From positions 10,666,001 through 10,730,000 of the forward strand of contig CM075995.1 in assembly GCA_038087875.1 (NCBI GenBank): DNA of 64,000 nucleotides. The letters are read 5' to 3'. A model generated the notes under the pieces. That model searched no databases. It saw nothing but the letters and a program-made list of their open reading frames with translations, and was not told the origin of the DNA. This document shows, in pieces, positions 61,245-64,000 of the stretch; the first letter of the stretch is position 1, and the number at the start of each line of letters is the position of its first letter. The stretch is from Malacoraja senta (Eukaryota). Both the position numbers and the translations under genes were made by a program.

Positions 61245-61530
61245 TGAACGTGGCTTTGCGGGGCACTGCCTCTCAGTCCAGCACCCATCGTTCTGGTGTA
61301 GCCTCCAAAGCCATTGATGATAATACCAAAACAGATGGGAGCTCGGGTATGTGTTCGCAAACAGAACCAACCAACGATCCTGGGTGGAGGGTCGATTTGA
61401 AGATATCCCACGTCGTGACCTCAGTAATCATCATGAACAGGGAGGACTGCTGCAGTGAACAGCTTCTGGGAGCTCAGGTCTACATCGGGGATTCACTGAT
61501 GCACAATGGGAACGATAACAATAACAGACA
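61245..61530 (+). CDS. F-type lectin exon 7: N-terminal part of FTLD D3 (gene continues beyond the window)
   Basis: Acceptor ctccccaacAG and donor GTGAGT. Encodes (V)NVALRGTASQSSTHRSGVASKAIDDNTKTDGSSGMCSQTEPTNDPGWRVDLKISHVVTSVIIMNREDCCSEQLLGAQVYIGDSLMHNGNDNNNR. No matching C-terminal exon was found before 64000. Confidence 0.92.
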
Positions 61531-61796
61531 GTGAGTACTCAGTGTTAAACCATGGCTCGGGGATTCGGGACATTTTACTGTTCTTGAGGCACCGCATACA
61601 TCATGCAAATGTAGAGGTTTTGCTGAATGGAACATAGAATGTAGAACAGAACAGCACATGAACTATCCCTTCTGCCCAACCCGTCCATGCTGAGCAAGAT
61701 ACCCCATTGAATCGAGTCTGTCCTGCCTGCTTTGGCTCATATTCCTTAAACCTTTCCATGAAACCGTCCAAGTGTCTATTAAATGCTGTTTTTGAA

Positions 61797-62059
61797 CCCT
61801 GGCTCGTGTTGATCTGGTTGCCGTCAATAGTTTGGATGGCAACTCTCCGGCCAGAGGTGCTTGAGTGACTCGCCATTCCAGTGAACTGCCACGTTTGCTG
61901 ATGAACACAAACATAATGTGTTCATCAACAAGAGTTAGCTCACAATTCAGCTCACATCAGTCAGTCTCCCATCCCATTCAATTCTGAGCGATATAGACCC
62001 CTGCAGCACAGAAAAATGGCCTTCGGCCCAACTTGTCCTTACTGATCAAAATGCCCCAT
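61797..62059 (-). pseudogene. Inverted, truncated FTLD pseudo-exon plus upstream intron, paralogous to exon 3 and its flank
   Basis: The minus strand reads ...gagctaactcttgttgatgaacacattatgtttgtgttcatcAG-CAAACGTGGCAGTTCACTGGAATGGCGAGTCACTCAAGCACC..., encoding NVA/TGMASHSSTSGRRVAIQTIDGNQINT. It is colinear with 39870-40075. Confidence 0.85.
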
Positions 62060-63658
62060 GTCTGTGGAATTCTCTGCTTCAGAGGGCGGTGGAGGCAGGT
62101 TCTCTGGATGCTTTCAAGAGAGAGCTAGATAGGGCTCTTAAAAATAACAGAGTCAGGGGATATGGGGAGAAGGCAGGAACGGGGTACTGATTGGGGATAA
62201 TCAGCCATGATCACATTGAATGGGGGTGCTGGCTCGAAGGGCCGAATGGCCTACTCATGCACCTGTTGTCTATTGTCTAAGCTGGTTCCATTTACCTGTG
62301 TTTGGCCCCTGTCACTCTAAACATTTCCTATTTATGTACCTGTCCAAATGTCTTGTAAATGTTATTACTATACCTGCCCCAACTATCTCCTCTGCCAGCT
62401 CGATCCATTAACCTACCACCCTCTGTGTGAAGATCCTGCCCCACAGGTTCCTATTGTATCTTCCCCTCCCACCTTAGAACAGTACAGCACAGAAACAGGC
62501 CCTTTTACTCACAATGTCTATGCCGAACATGATGCCAAGTTAGTTTCCTCTGCCCGTCTGTGATCCTTATCCCTCCATTCCACTTTATTCATAGATTCTA
62601 TCACCTTGCTCCAGTTTCCAGTGGACCACTATTCCTGTGGAGTGATTTTCAACCTAACCTCAGCAATTGGATAAGGTCAATTCAGAATTTAAACAAACCT
62701 GTGGTTTAACACTGACGTCCTCTCAATGATCATGGGGCCATTTGATTGTGGTAACAATGTCCTGCAGAGTCTGAACAAGGGTTCCAACGCAAATTGCCAT
62801 CTGTGCATTCCTTCCACATATTCTGCCTGGCCCACTGAGATCCTCCAACACTTTGTCTTCTGGTCAAACCAATGTCCCTACCCGCCAAGTTTACGTGTGA
62901 TCCAGAAATACTACTGGAGTTAATTGTCACCTCAGCTACCGTAAATCATTTACCTGTTATCTCCACATGCCCTGAATACATGAACATTTCATGCAAATGC
63001 AATTTCCCCTTTCTCTAACCCAATGAAACAGATTTTCGCAATTTGCTTAAATCCCACCATCGTCATATGGTGCCTGCCATCATATCCCAGCCTGGGGGCA
63101 CAAAGAAAGGTCCTTCGCGAACTATTCTGGTGACATCTGACCATCTAACATGATGCACAAGGTTGAAAGCGCGTACCACCAGGATCAGGAACTGCTTCTT
63201 CCCCGCTGTTATCAGACAACTGAATGGTCTTCCCATAAGCTAGAGTGTCGTCCCGATATTCCAAGTGTCATCATTGCAGCCCTTGCACGTTTTCCCCTGG
63301 AACTGTAACATTATATTCTGCATGCTGGTAGTTTTCTCTTTGTACCACTCCCTGTACTTGTTTGTGGCTTGATTGTACTCATGCATAGTGTGATTTGACT
63401 GGATAGCACAAAGCAAAGCTTTTCACTGTATCTTGGTGCAAGTTACAATAATAACCGATACCAGTACAAAGTGCTGGAGGAACACAGCAGGTCAAGCAGC
63501 ACCTATGGAGGGAATGGCCGGACTGAAGAGGGGTGCCGACCCGGAACATTATCTGTCCATTCTCTCCAAAAATGCTCCTCCAGCACTTTGTGTAAACTCA
63601 AGGTTCTGCAGTTCCTCGTGTTTATGACATGGAGAGACAGTGAGTGAACCAAACGTGA

Positions 63659-64000
63659 AGTATTGCGTACAGTTTTGGTCACCAAATCTGAGGAAAGACA
63701 TTCTTGCCATGGAGGGAGTACAGAGAAGGTTCACCAGACTGATTCCTGGGATGGCAGGACTTTCGTATGACGAAAGACTGGATAGACTCGGCTTGTACTC
63801 GCTAGAATTTAGAAGATTGAGGGGGGATCTTATAAAAACGTACAAGATTCTTAAGGGGTTGGACAGGCTAGATGCAGGAAGACTGTTCCCGATGTTGGGG
63901 AAGTCCAGAACAAGGGGTCACAGTTTAAGGATAAGGGGGAAGTCTTTTAGGACCGAGATGAGAAAATCATTTTTCACACAGAGAGTGGTGAATCTGTGGA
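63659..64000 (+). mobile_element. CR1 3' fragment running off the window end
   Basis: [28 protein letters not shown], nearly identical to the other young CR1 copies. Confidence 0.9.

Noticed and set aside
61531..64000. C-terminal exon of FTLD D3
   Set aside because: No cag|c-tgtgg acceptor or LCEVEV-like peptide found; presumed to lie beyond the window.

Overview
Eukaryotic (vertebrate) genomic DNA. The repeat content (CR1 LINEs with TTTCTATG-type tails, an HE1/V-SINE-like element, Penelope remnants) points to a cartilaginous fish, probably a skate or ray; this is inference. Most of the window is nested transposons: CR1, L1, L2, Rex1/Babar, RTE, Penelope-like elements and non-autonomous Helitrons. 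Threaded through them on the + strand is one host gene that the ORF track only partly shows: a secreted tandem F-type lectin (fucolectin-like) gene. It has a TATA box, an ATG exon (8160-8170), a signal-peptide exon (26972-27036) and repeated two-exon F-type lectin domain (FTLD) modules: D1 40033-40286 + 43871-44028, D2 57443-57722 + 59644-59804, and D3 from 61245-61530, continuing past the window. All three domains lack the His and the second Arg of the fucose-binding triad. D1 carries a +1 frameshift, and the same extra base is present in an inverted paralogous pseudo-exon at ~61797-61897. Other highlights: an intact full-length CR1, an L1 that appears 5'-complete but lacks ORF1, a head-to-tail Helitron array containing an L2 fragment, Penelope-type minimal hammerhead ribozyme motifs, and two related non-coding retroposons with different LINE tails.
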